From Gemmatimonadaceae bacterium (GTDB taxonomy: Bacteria; Gemmatimonadota; Gemmatimonadetes; Gemmatimonadales; Gemmatimonadaceae), in NCBI GenBank assembly GCA_040901985.1, contig JBBDYC010000006.1, forward strand, positions 1 to 29,561: a stretch of DNA of 29,561 nucleotides, written 5' to 3'. This document shows, in pieces, positions 8,538-19,422 of the stretch. The position numbers and the translations under genes are program-made. The stretch's first letter is position 1. The number at the start of each line of letters is the position of its first letter. The notes beneath the pieces were generated by a model. That model saw only the letters and a list, made by a program, of their open reading frames with translations. It was not told the DNA's origin and did no database searches.

Positions 8538-9619
8538 CGCTCGATCTTTCGCTCCTTCCGGACGGCGGCCTGCAGTGGCTGATCGGCAGCGGGGAGCACT
8601 CCGGGATCGTGCTGTCGTCGCGGATCCGCCTCGCCCGGAACCTCGCCGGATTCGCCTTTCCGACGCGGGCACGGGAAGGGGAACGTCTCCGCGTGCTCCA
8701 GCACCTCCGCGACGCCGCGCCGCGCGTCCCGACCCTCCACGGCGCGGCGTTCGTGCGCGTGGACGAGTGTTTGCCGCAGGAGCGGATGGTGCTCTTCGAG
8801 CGCCACCTGGTGAGCCGCGAGCTCGCCGGACTCGACCGCGGCAGCGAGGCGCCGAGCGCCGGCGCGATCTTCGTGACCGGCGAGGCGGGGCTGATGGTGA
8901 ACGAGGAGGACCATCTCCGGCTGCAGGTCTTCCGGTCCGGCTTCGACGTCCCGGGCGCGCTGCGGCTCGCCGAGACGATGGACCGCGAGATCGGGGCCGC
9001 GTTGCCGTACGCCTGGCACCGCGAGTTTGGCTTCCTCACCGCCTGCCCGACCAACACCGGCACGGGGTTGCGGGCGTCGGTGCTGATCCACCTCCCCGGC
9101 CTCGTGCTGACCCAGGAGATCGGAAAGGTCCTCCAGGGGCTGCAGCATATGGGGCTCACGTACCGCGGGCTCTACGGCGAGGGGAGCGACGTCCTCGGGA
9201 ACTTCTTCCAGGTCTCGAACCAGACCACGCTCGGGCGGTCGGAGGACGACCTGGCCGACCAACTGGTCCGGGTGGTGCGGCGGGTGATCGAGCGGGAGGA
9301 GGAGGCGCGGAAGGTACTGGCGCGTGACGCCGGTTATATTATTGAGGACAAGCTGTGGCGTGCGTACGGGACCCTGCGGCACGCGCGAAATCTGCCGGCG
9401 GACGAGGCGATGAATCTGCTGAGCGGACTTCGGCTGGCGGCAGGCCTGAATCTGGTGTCCGGGCTCAGTGTCTACACGCTCAACAAGCTCCTGATCTTCA
9501 GCCAGTCGGCGCACCTGTCCCAGGCGGCAGGGCGGGCGCTGACCGACAGCGAGGCGAACCTGGCACGGGCACGCTATGTGCGACAGGTACTCGCCAACGA
9601 AGCACGCCTCCCCGGGTGA
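8534..9619 (+). CDS. mcsB: Protein-arginine kinase McsB
   Basis: Start reset to ATG 8534; SSRIRLARNL, MVNEEDHLR, GFLTACPTNTGTGLRASV..HLPGL, RGLYGEGS, QVSNQTTLG; 361 aa. Confidence 0.94.
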   Translation: MTLDLSLLPDGGLQWLIGSGEHSGIVLSSRIRLARNLAGFAFPTRAREGERLRVLQHLRDAAPRVPTLHGAAFVRVDECLPQERMVLFERHLVSRELAGLDRGSEAPSAGAIFVTGEAGLMVNEEDHLRLQVFRSGFDVPGALRLAETMDREIGAALPYAWHREFGFLTACPTNTGTGLRASVLIHLPGLVLTQEIGKVLQGLQHMGLTYRGLYGEGSDVLGNFFQVSNQTTLGRSEDDLADQLVRVVRRVIEREEEARKVLARDAGYIIEDKLWRAYGTLRHARNLPADEAMNLLSGLRLAAGLNLVSGLSVYTLNKLLIFSQSAHLSQAAGRALTDSEANLARARYVRQVLANEARLPG

Positions 9620-9630
9620 TTCCCGGGGAG
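9608..9630. other. Perfect 9-bp hairpin with the mcsB stop codon in its loop
   Basis: CTCCCCGGG (9608-9616), loop TGATT, CCCGGGGAG (9622-9630). Confidence 0.65.
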
Positions 9631-9650
9631 TCTCGCAGGCGAGGGCACGG

Positions 9651-12143
<2,493 letters not shown>

Positions 12144-12165
12144 TCTCAAGCAACCATTCACGCGC

Positions 12166-12214
12166 CGGGGCGGCCGAACGGGATGAACCTGTTCGGTCCT
12201 GCCCCGTGTATATT
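12166..12214 (+). terminator. Long hairpin after clpC (possible terminator or processing site) overlapping a candidate bamA promoter
   Basis: CGGGGC-GGCCGAACGGG / loop ATGAA / CCTGTTCGGTC-ct-GCCCCG, followed by TGTATATT; the U-tract is weak. Confidence 0.45.
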
Positions 12215-12220
12215 CCTCCC

Positions 12221-14647
12221 ATGTCCCGTATCCCGTTGGTGGCACTCGCCTTCGCTCTGGCGGGGACATCGGCTTTCGCTCAAGACGCGCCCAATCCGGC
12301 GGCGCGCTGCCTGACCCCCGACACCGTGGTGGTGCGCGGGGCGTCGCGCGTCAGGCCCGAGGCGATCCTCGCCTCGTCGGGGATCCGCCCGGGGCAGACG
12401 CTGAGCTTCCCGGCAATCCAGCGGGCCATCCGCGACGTCTTCGCGACGGGCGACTTTGACCACGTGACCGTGACCTGCGGCCTGCCGCGCCCGGGCGAAA
12501 CCGGGCGGGTGGCGTTCGTGCTGACGGTGACGGAGCGCCCGCTGCTCGGGGAGATCAAGGTCGAGGGCGTGGAGCGACTGTCGGCGCGCGCGGTGGAGGA
12601 CCGGGTGGAGCTCCTGCTCGGGCGCCCGGTGGACCCGGCAGATATCGCGACGGCAATGCGGCGGATCGACTCGCTGTACAAGGCGAGCGGCTACTACCTC
12701 GCGCGGGTGCGGCCGGAGACGACCTCCCTCGGTGACCGGATCGGCCTGACCTTTCGGGTGGAGGAGGGACGTCGCCTGGCGATCTCGGGGATCCTGGTCC
12801 GTGGGAACACGGCGCTCTCGGCGCGCGAGGTGGCCAAGGCGATGGAGACCCGACCCGAGGGGTTTTGGTGGTGGCGCAGCGGGGAGTTCGACGAGGACAC
12901 CTACGCGGGCGACGTCGGCGAACGCATCCCCAAGCTCTTTGCCTCGCACGGCTACGTGGATTTCCAGTTCGAGCGAGACACGCTCGTCGTGGACCCGGCG
13001 CTCGGCAAGGCGCTGATCGAGCTCGACGTGTTCGAGGGCAACCAGTATCGCGTCAAGAGTTTCGAGGTGGTGGGAAACCGTCGCTTCTCGGCCGAGCAGA
13101 TTGGGACCCTCTATCCCTTCCGCGACCGCCCGCCGACGATCACCGAGCGCACCCAGGCGCTGCTGAAGCGGCGACCCCCGGCCACCGACGTCTTCGACCG
13201 CACGCGCTGGGAAGAGGCGACCGCCGAGGTGCGGACGCTCTACAACAACGACGGCTACATCTACGCCCAGATTTCGCCGGTGGTCGAGCGCGATCCCGCC
13301 GATTCCGGGGCGGTGGTGCGGCTCCGCTGGGACATCCGCGAGGGCTCGCCCGCGGTCATCAATCGCATCGAGATCCTCGGCAACGACTTCACCGTCGAGA
13401 GCTGCATCCGCAACCAGCTGTTGATCATCCCCGGCGACGTCTTCAACCAGGACCGGCTGATCCAGAGTTGGCAGGGCATCGGCAACCTGGGCTTCTTCGA
13501 GACGCCGCTCCCGTTTCCCGACACGCGCGCCGCGAACGAGGCGGGGGACATTGACATCGTCTTCCGGGTCAAGGAGAAGCGGACGGGCAACATCAATTTC
13601 GGCGCATCGGCGGGGCAGGGGACGGGGATCGGCGGCTTCGTCGGACTCGACCACCCGAATCTCTGGGGCCGCTGCAAGCGCGGCGCGATCCAGTGGCAGT
13701 ACGGCCGGTACATCAACGACTTCAATGCCTCGTACACCGATCCGGGAATCCGCGGGACGCGCATCTCGGGCCAGGTGTCGGCGTACCACTCGCAGGCGCG
13801 GTTCCGCATTGCCAACTTCGGCCAGACGACGCGGATCGGTGCGAACGTGCGGGCCGGATTCCCCTTCCCGAACTCGCGGTTCACCCGGGTCTTCACGTCC
13901 TACGGCGTCGAGTCGGTGCGGTTCGGGAACGAGGGACTGCTCGGCACGGTGACGACCAACTCCTGCGCCGGGTGCGTGCGCAGCACGCTCGGCGTGGACG
14001 TCACGCGCGACACGCGGGTGGACCTGCCGTTTGCCACCGAGGGTCGGTTGCAGTCGTTCAGTGCCCAGTTCAATGGTGGGCCGCTCGGGGGGTCGGCGGA
14101 CTTCCAGCGCTACACCAGCGAGTTGCGTTCGTACGTGCTGCTCGGGCGAATCGGCGGCACGCGGCCGGGCACGCGCCCGCTCCGCCTCACGATGGGGCTC
14201 ACGGCGCGCAGCGGCGCGGTCTTCGGCGACCCGGGCGACTTCTTCTGGTCGCAGCAGTTCTCGCTCGGCGGCGTGCAGTTCGGTGAGTCCTTGCGCGGCT
14301 ATCCGGAGTTTTCGATCACGCCGAGTGGGTATTCCACCGCGGCGGGGACCTTCAATGCGCAGCGGGAGTCCTTCGGCAGCGCCTTCTTCACCTCGACCGC
14401 CGAGGTCGGCCTGCGGTTCAATCAGTCGCTCTATGTCAACGCCTTCTATGACGCTGGCAACATCTGGGCGCGCGCCCGCGACTTCGACCCCACGCGCCTC
14501 TTTCGCGGCGCCGGCATCGGGGTCTCGACGGTGAGTCCGCTCGGTCCGCTCGGTCTCGACTACGCCTACGGCTTCGACCGGCGCGATGAGAACGGGTTCC
14601 TCGCTCCCAAGTGGCAGTTGCATTTCCGGCTCGGCCAGCTCTTCTAA
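12221..14647 (+). CDS. bamA: Outer-membrane protein assembly factor BamA
   Basis: Start reset to ATG 12221, giving signal peptide MSRIPLVALAFALAGTSAFA-Q; five POTRA-like repeats (YKASGYY, SHGY, NDGY, NLGFFE), LRGY motif, C-terminal FRLGQLF; 808 aa. Confidence 0.95.
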   Translation: MSRIPLVALAFALAGTSAFAQDAPNPAARCLTPDTVVVRGASRVRPEAILASSGIRPGQTLSFPAIQRAIRDVFATGDFDHVTVTCGLPRPGETGRVAFVLTVTERPLLGEIKVEGVERLSARAVEDRVELLLGRPVDPADIATAMRRIDSLYKASGYYLARVRPETTSLGDRIGLTFRVEEGRRLAISGILVRGNTALSAREVAKAMETRPEGFWWWRSGEFDEDTYAGDVGERIPKLFASHGYVDFQFERDTLVVDPALGKALIELDVFEGNQYRVKSFEVVGNRRFSAEQIGTLYPFRDRPPTITERTQALLKRRPPATDVFDRTRWEEATAEVRTLYNNDGYIYAQISPVVERDPADSGAVVRLRWDIREGSPAVINRIEILGNDFTVESCIRNQLLIIPGDVFNQDRLIQSWQGIGNLGFFETPLPFPDTRAANEAGDIDIVFRVKEKRTGNINFGASAGQGTGIGGFVGLDHPNLWGRCKRGAIQWQYGRYINDFNASYTDPGIRGTRISGQVSAYHSQARFRIANFGQTTRIGANVRAGFPFPNSRFTRVFTSYGVESVRFGNEGLLGTVTTNSCAGCVRSTLGVDVTRDTRVDLPFATEGRLQSFSAQFNGGPLGGSADFQRYTSELRSYVLLGRIGGTRPGTRPLRLTMGLTARSGAVFGDPGDFFWSQQFSLGGVQFGESLRGYPEFSITPSGYSTAAGTFNAQRESFGSAFFTSTAEVGLRFNQSLYVNAFYDAGNIWARARDFDPTRLFRGAGIGVSTVSPLGPLGLDYAYGFDRRDENGFLAPKWQLHFRLGQLF

Positions 14648-14664
14648 TCCCCACGGAGTCACCA

Positions 14665-15297
14665 ATGATCGTGCTCTTCCGCGGCAGCATCGGCGCTGCC
14701 CTCCTCACGCTCCTCGCGCTGGCGCCGGCCTCGGCCCAGCAGCGGTTCGCCTATGTGGACTCGCGCAAGGTCCTTCAGGAAATGCCTGGCCGGACGCAGG
14801 CCGAGGCGCAGCTGCGCGCCGGACTCGAGGCGCTCGGCGTGCGCCAGCGGACGATGGTGGATTCGTTGAACGCGATGATGGGCGCCTTCGAGCGTGACTC
14901 GGCGACCCTGACGCAACCCGAGCGGGTCGCCCGGTTCAACGTCCTCCAGATGTACGATGGCCGCTATCGCGACACGCTGGCGGCATTGGAGGCGGAGGCC
15001 GAGCAGCAGCAGGTGGCGGCGATGCAGCCGCTGTTTGACCTGATCCGCGTCGCCCTCGAGGACCTGCGTCAGTCCGAGGGCTATACGATGATCTTCGACA
15101 TCGGGTCGCAGACGAACCAGATCGTCGCCATGGACCGGAATCTCGATGTCTCGGACCGGCTGTTGGCGAAGATCCGTGCGATGCCGGCCGCCCAGCGCCC
15201 AATCGCGCCGCCGATCGCCGCGCCGACGACACCGGCCACGCCACAGCGGCCGCCCGGCCCGGTCTCGCAGCCGACCGGCGTCACGCGTCGCCCGTAG
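14665..15297 (+). CDS. skp: OmpH/Skp periplasmic chaperone with a Pro-rich C-terminal tail
   Basis: Start reset to ATG 14665 (SD GGAG at 14655); signal peptide, RFAYVDSRKVLQEMP, helical body, EGYTMIFD...LDVSD; lies between bamA and lpxD. Confidence 0.88.
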   Translation: MIVLFRGSIGAALLTLLALAPASAQQRFAYVDSRKVLQEMPGRTQAEAQLRAGLEALGVRQRTMVDSLNAMMGAFERDSATLTQPERVARFNVLQMYDGRYRDTLAALEAEAEQQQVAAMQPLFDLIRVALEDLRQSEGYTMIFDIGSQTNQIVAMDRNLDVSDRLLAKIRAMPAAQRPIAPPIAAPTTPATPQRPPGPVSQPTGVTRRP

Positions 15298-15330
15298 GCC
15301 TTCTCGCACACCGCGCCTTCCCACCAGGCG

Positions 15331-16374
15331 ATGACCGTCCCCAGTTCTGGCGAGCTCCGGCTCTCCGAGATCGCCAGTGCCGTGGGCGGCACGGTGCGGG
15401 GTGACCCTGACGTGCGGCTGAGTGGGATTGCGCCGCTCGACCGCGCGGGGCCGTCCGACCTGAGCTTCCTCGGCGCGCCGAGGTACGCGAAGCAGCTGGC
15501 CACGTGTCGCGCCGGGGGCGTGCTCGTGACGCCGGAGTTGGCGACGACGCCGGGGCCGTGCGCGAACCGGATCGTCGTGGCGAAGCCCCACGAGGCGATG
15601 CTGACGCTCCTGCCGCGCTTCTACCGGGAGCCGGCGAGGCCTTTCGTCGGGGTCCATCCGACGGCAGTGGTCGCCCCGGACGCGGTGATTGACGCCGACG
15701 CCTGCGTGGAGGCGTTCGCGGTGGTCGGCGCCGGCGCGCGGATTGCCGCGAAATGCTGGATCGGCCCCCACTGCGTGATCGGCGAGCGCGCACGGATCGG
15801 CGCGCAGACACAGCTCTTTCCGGACGTGACGCTGTACCCAGGCGTGGTCGTCGGGCAGCGCTGCGTCATCCACGCAGGGTGCCGCATCGGCAGCGACGGC
15901 TTCGGCTACGTCCACCTCAAGGGCGCCCACGTCAAGATCCCGCACGTCGGCGGGTGCGTGATCGGCAACGACGTGGAACTCGGGGCGAACTGCACGATCG
16001 ATCGGGGGAGCATTGACACCACCGAGATCGGCGATGGCACCAAGCTCGACAATCTCGTGCACGTGGCGCACAACGTGCGGATTGGCAAGCTCTGCCTGTT
16101 GGCGGCCGGGGTCGGGGTGGCCGGGAGCGCGCGGATCGGCGACGGCGTCGTGATGGCCGGCCAGGTCGGCGTGTCGGGGCACGTGACGATCGGCGATGGG
16201 GTGACGCTCACTGCGCAGGCGGGCGCGGTCTCCGATATCCCGGCCGGCGAGACCTGGGGCGGCTTTCCGGCACGTCCGCACCGCGAGATGCTGCGGAACC
16301 AGGCGGTCGTCGCAAAGCTGCCCGACATCTGGAAACGCCTGCGGCGGTTGATCGAGCGCGAGCCCGACGAGTGA
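15331..16374 (+). CDS. lpxD: UDP-3-O-(3-hydroxyacyl)glucosamine N-acyltransferase
   Basis: Hexapeptide repeats, IGSDGFGY, IGNDVELGANCTIDRG, KLDNLVHVAHNV. Confidence 0.96.
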   Translation: MTVPSSGELRLSEIASAVGGTVRGDPDVRLSGIAPLDRAGPSDLSFLGAPRYAKQLATCRAGGVLVTPELATTPGPCANRIVVAKPHEAMLTLLPRFYREPARPFVGVHPTAVVAPDAVIDADACVEAFAVVGAGARIAAKCWIGPHCVIGERARIGAQTQLFPDVTLYPGVVVGQRCVIHAGCRIGSDGFGYVHLKGAHVKIPHVGGCVIGNDVELGANCTIDRGSIDTTEIGDGTKLDNLVHVAHNVRIGKLCLLAAGVGVAGSARIGDGVVMAGQVGVSGHVTIGDGVTLTAQAGAVSDIPAGETWGGFPARPHREMLRNQAVVAKLPDIWKRLRRLIEREPDE

Positions 16375-17651
16375 GCACGCGGCGGACGATCGCTCGCGAG
16401 GCGCGATTGACGGGCATCGGCTTGCACCTCGGACGCCCCTGTGCGCTCCGGTTCCTGCCGGCGGCGGCGGGGACGGGCATTCGCTTCCGCCGGGTGGACC
16501 TGCCGGGCGGGCCGGAGACGCTGGCGCACGTGAGCACGGCGGTGGCGGCCGAGCGGCGCACGCAGCTGGGGTCAGGCGAGGGCGCGTTGCACACCGTGGA
16601 GCATGTCCTGGCGGCGGTCGTCGGTGTCGGGCTGGACGACCTGCTGGTCGAGATGGACGCTGCCGAGCCCCCGATCATGGACGGCTCGGCCGAGCCATTC
16701 CGCGCCGCGCTCGCGGCGGCGGGGGTACAGGAGCAGGCGGGGCGGCCCGACGTGCTCCAACTGCGGGAGAGCGTTCGTGTGGTGGACGGGGATTCGGTGT
16801 ACGTCGCGCATCCGGCGGCGGGGCTGGAGATCGAGGTGGAGATTGACTTCCCGCATCCGCGGATCGGGATCCAGCGCGGCCGATTCACGGTGACGCCGGA
16901 GGGCTTCTCGCGGGAACTCGCCTCGGCGCGCACATTCGGGATGCTCAGCTGGGTCGAGGAACTGCGGGCGAAGGGGCTGATCCAGGGCGCGTCGAAGGAG
17001 AACACCGTTGTCCTGGACGACGCCGATGTGGTGGGGACGGCGTTGCGCTGGCCGGACGAGTTTGTACGGCACAAGGCGCTGGATGTGGTCGGGGACCTGG
17101 CGTTGGCCGGGATGCGTGTGCAGGCCCGTATCTCGGCGATCAAGCCGAGTCATCGAGGCACCGTGACGCTCGTGCGCGAGATGTTGGCGCACGCGCGGCC
17201 GAATCAACCGGAGGGGCGTGTGCTGGGCATTGAAGACATCATGAAGATCCTGCCGCACCGTTATCCGTTCCTGCTCGTGGACCGGATCATCGAGATGGAG
17301 GAGAAGAAGCGGATCGTCGGGATCAAGAACGTCTCGATCAACGAGCCGTTCTTCCAGGGGCATTTCCCGGGGCATCCGATCATGCCGGGTGTGTTGATCG
17401 TCGAGGCGATGGCCCAGGTGGGTGGCGTACTGCTGATGGGCACGGTGGACGATCCGGAGTCGAAGGTCGTCTACTTCATGTCGCTCGACAACATCAAGTT
17501 CCGGAAGCCGGTGCGCCCGGGCGACCAGTTGCGGCTCGAGGTGGACATCGTCCAGTTGCGGAGCACGGTCTGCCGGATCAAGGGCGTGGCGAAGGTGGAC
17601 GGCGCGGTGGTCTGCGAGGCCGATATGGCCGCGATGGTCCGCGACCGATGA
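16371..17651 (+). CDS. lpxC-fabZ: Bifunctional LpxC deacetylase / FabZ 3-hydroxyacyl-ACP dehydratase
   Basis: Lpx[39 protein letters not shown]. Fab[37 protein letters not shown]. One 426-aa frame. Confidence 0.95.
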   Translation: MSTRRTIAREARLTGIGLHLGRPCALRFLPAAAGTGIRFRRVDLPGGPETLAHVSTAVAAERRTQLGSGEGALHTVEHVLAAVVGVGLDDLLVEMDAAEPPIMDGSAEPFRAALAAAGVQEQAGRPDVLQLRESVRVVDGDSVYVAHPAAGLEIEVEIDFPHPRIGIQRGRFTVTPEGFSRELASARTFGMLSWVEELRAKGLIQGASKENTVVLDDADVVGTALRWPDEFVRHKALDVVGDLALAGMRVQARISAIKPSHRGTVTLVREMLAHARPNQPEGRVLGIEDIMKILPHRYPFLLVDRIIEMEEKKRIVGIKNVSINEPFFQGHFPGHPIMPGVLIVEAMAQVGGVLLMGTVDDPESKVVYFMSLDNIKFRKPVRPGDQLRLEVDIVQLRSTVCRIKGVAKVDGAVVCEADMAAMVRDR

Positions 17652-18421
17652 CCATGATCCATCGGACGGCGTTCGTGCACCCAAGGGCGGAGCTGGCGGC
17701 GGACGTCGAGGTCGGCCCGTGGGCCTACATCGGCCCGGACTGCCACGTCGGCGCGGGGTCGGTGATCCAGATGCGGGCGACGCTCGAGGAATACGTGCAC
17801 CTCGCGCCGAACGTCACGGTCGGGATCGGGAGCGTGCTCGGCGGCCGCCCGCAGGATCTCAAGTTCAAGGGCGAGGTGACGACCGTCGAAGTCGGCGAGG
17901 GCACGACGATCCGCGAGTATGCGACGATCAACCGCGGCACGACCGAGTCGCTCAAGACGACGGTCGGGAAGGGGTGCTTCCTGATGTCGTACGTCCACCT
18001 CGCGCACGACTGCCATCTTGGTGACGGCGTGATCATCTCCAACGGCACCCAGCTGGCCGGCCACGTGCGGATTGACGACCGAGCGATCATCTCGGGGCTT
18101 TGCGCGGTGCACCAGTTCACGAAGATCGGGCGGCACGCGTTCATCGGCGGCATGTCGCGGGTGGTGAAGGACATCCCGCCGTTCGTGAAGGCGGTGGGGA
18201 ACCCGGTGAAGTTGTACGGCCTCAACTCGGTCGGGTTGCAGCGCAGCGGGTTTCCGGAGGACGTGGTGAGCGAGCTGAAGCGGGCGTACCGGCTCTTCTT
18301 CCGGTCGGACCTGAACATCACGCAGGCGCTCGCGAAGGCCGCGGGCGAGCTCAAGCCGTTCCCCGAGGTGCAGGCGTTCGTGGCGTTCGTGGAGGAGAGC
18401 GGGCGCGGAGTGGTGACGTGA
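17648..18421 (+). CDS. lpxA: Acyl-ACP--UDP-N-acetylglucosamine acyltransferase
   Basis: IHRTAFVHP, PQDLKFKGE, IREYATINRGT, HLAHDC, LAGHV, VHQF, GLNSVGLQR. Confidence 0.96.
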   Translation: MTMIHRTAFVHPRAELAADVEVGPWAYIGPDCHVGAGSVIQMRATLEEYVHLAPNVTVGIGSVLGGRPQDLKFKGEVTTVEVGEGTTIREYATINRGTTESLKTTVGKGCFLMSYVHLAHDCHLGDGVIISNGTQLAGHVRIDDRAIISGLCAVHQFTKIGRHAFIGGMSRVVKDIPPFVKAVGNPVKLYGLNSVGLQRSGFPEDVVSELKRAYRLFFRSDLNITQALAKAAGELKPFPEVQAFVAFVEESGRGVVT

Positions 18422-19422
18422 CACCGCCACTGCGCCTCGGCGTCGTCGGGACCGGGAGCCTCGGATACCATCACGCGCGGCTCCTGCGCGACCTGCCGGG
18501 CGCGCTCTTCAAGGGATTTTTCGAGGCAAACGGCGAGCGGGCGGGCACGGTCTCGCGCGAGCTCGGCATCCGCGCCTATGAGTCGCTCGATGCGCTCCTT
18601 GACGAGGTGGACGCACTGTCGGTCGTCGTGCCGACCTCGAGGCACCACGAGGTGGCGAAGGCGGCGCTGGCACGCGGCAAGCACGTCCTGATCGAAAAGC
18701 CCATCACGGTGACGCTCGCCGAGGCCGACGAGCTGCTCGCGCTCGCCGACCGGCAGGGGGTGATGATCCAGATTGGGCACATCGAACGGTTCAATCGGGC
18801 GATCCGCGCCGCGCTCCCGCACGTGGACCGGCCACTCTTCATTGACAGCGATCGCCTGGCGCCGTTCAATCCGCGCGGGTCGGACGTCGCGGTGGTGCTC
18901 GACCTGATGATCCACGACATTGACCTTGTGTTGACGCTCATCGGCGCGCCGGTGCAGGAGGTGTCGGCGGCAGGGCTCGGCGTGCTGACGTCGAGCATTG
19001 ACATTGCCGACGCCCGGATCACCTTCGCGACCGGGGCCGTGGCAACGATCACGGCCAGCCGCGTCTCGAAGGATCGGATGCGGAAGCTCCGAATCTTCCA
19101 GCGCAACGGGTACCTCTCGCTCGACCTCGCGTCGGGCACCGGCGAACTCTACCGGTTGCGGCGCGACGTGGACCTGCTGGCGCTCGCCAAGGCGGCGCAG
19201 CCGCTTGAGGCGTTCGTGGAGCGCGTGGTGCTCGATGCCCCCGAGGGCGAACCGCTCCGCCTGGAGCTCGAGAGTTTCGTGGCGGCGCTGCAGGGTCAGG
19301 CGCCGATCGCGGTGACCGGCAGCGCCGGACGCGATGCGCTGGCGGTGGCGTTGCGGATCGTCGGCGACATCGAGAAGAGCCAGGCAACGCTGCGCGCCGC
19401 GACCCCGGATCCCGGTGCGTGA
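18418..19422 (+). CDS. Gfo/Idh/MocA NAD-dependent oxidoreductase (GnnA-like by position)
   Basis: Start reset to GTG 18418 (GTGA overlap); GVVGTGSLG, HVLIEKP, GHIERFN, DLMIHDID; 334 aa. Confidence 0.88.
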   Translation: MTPPLRLGVVGTGSLGYHHARLLRDLPGALFKGFFEANGERAGTVSRELGIRAYESLDALLDEVDALSVVVPTSRHHEVAKAALARGKHVLIEKPITVTLAEADELLALADRQGVMIQIGHIERFNRAIRAALPHVDRPLFIDSDRLAPFNPRGSDVAVVLDLMIHDIDLVLTLIGAPVQEVSAAGLGVLTSSIDIADARITFATGAVATITASRVSKDRMRKLRIFQRNGYLSLDLASGTGELYRLRRDVDLLALAKAAQPLEAFVERVVLDAPEGEPLRLELESFVAALQGQAPIAVTGSAGRDALAVALRIVGDIEKSQATLRAATPDPGA

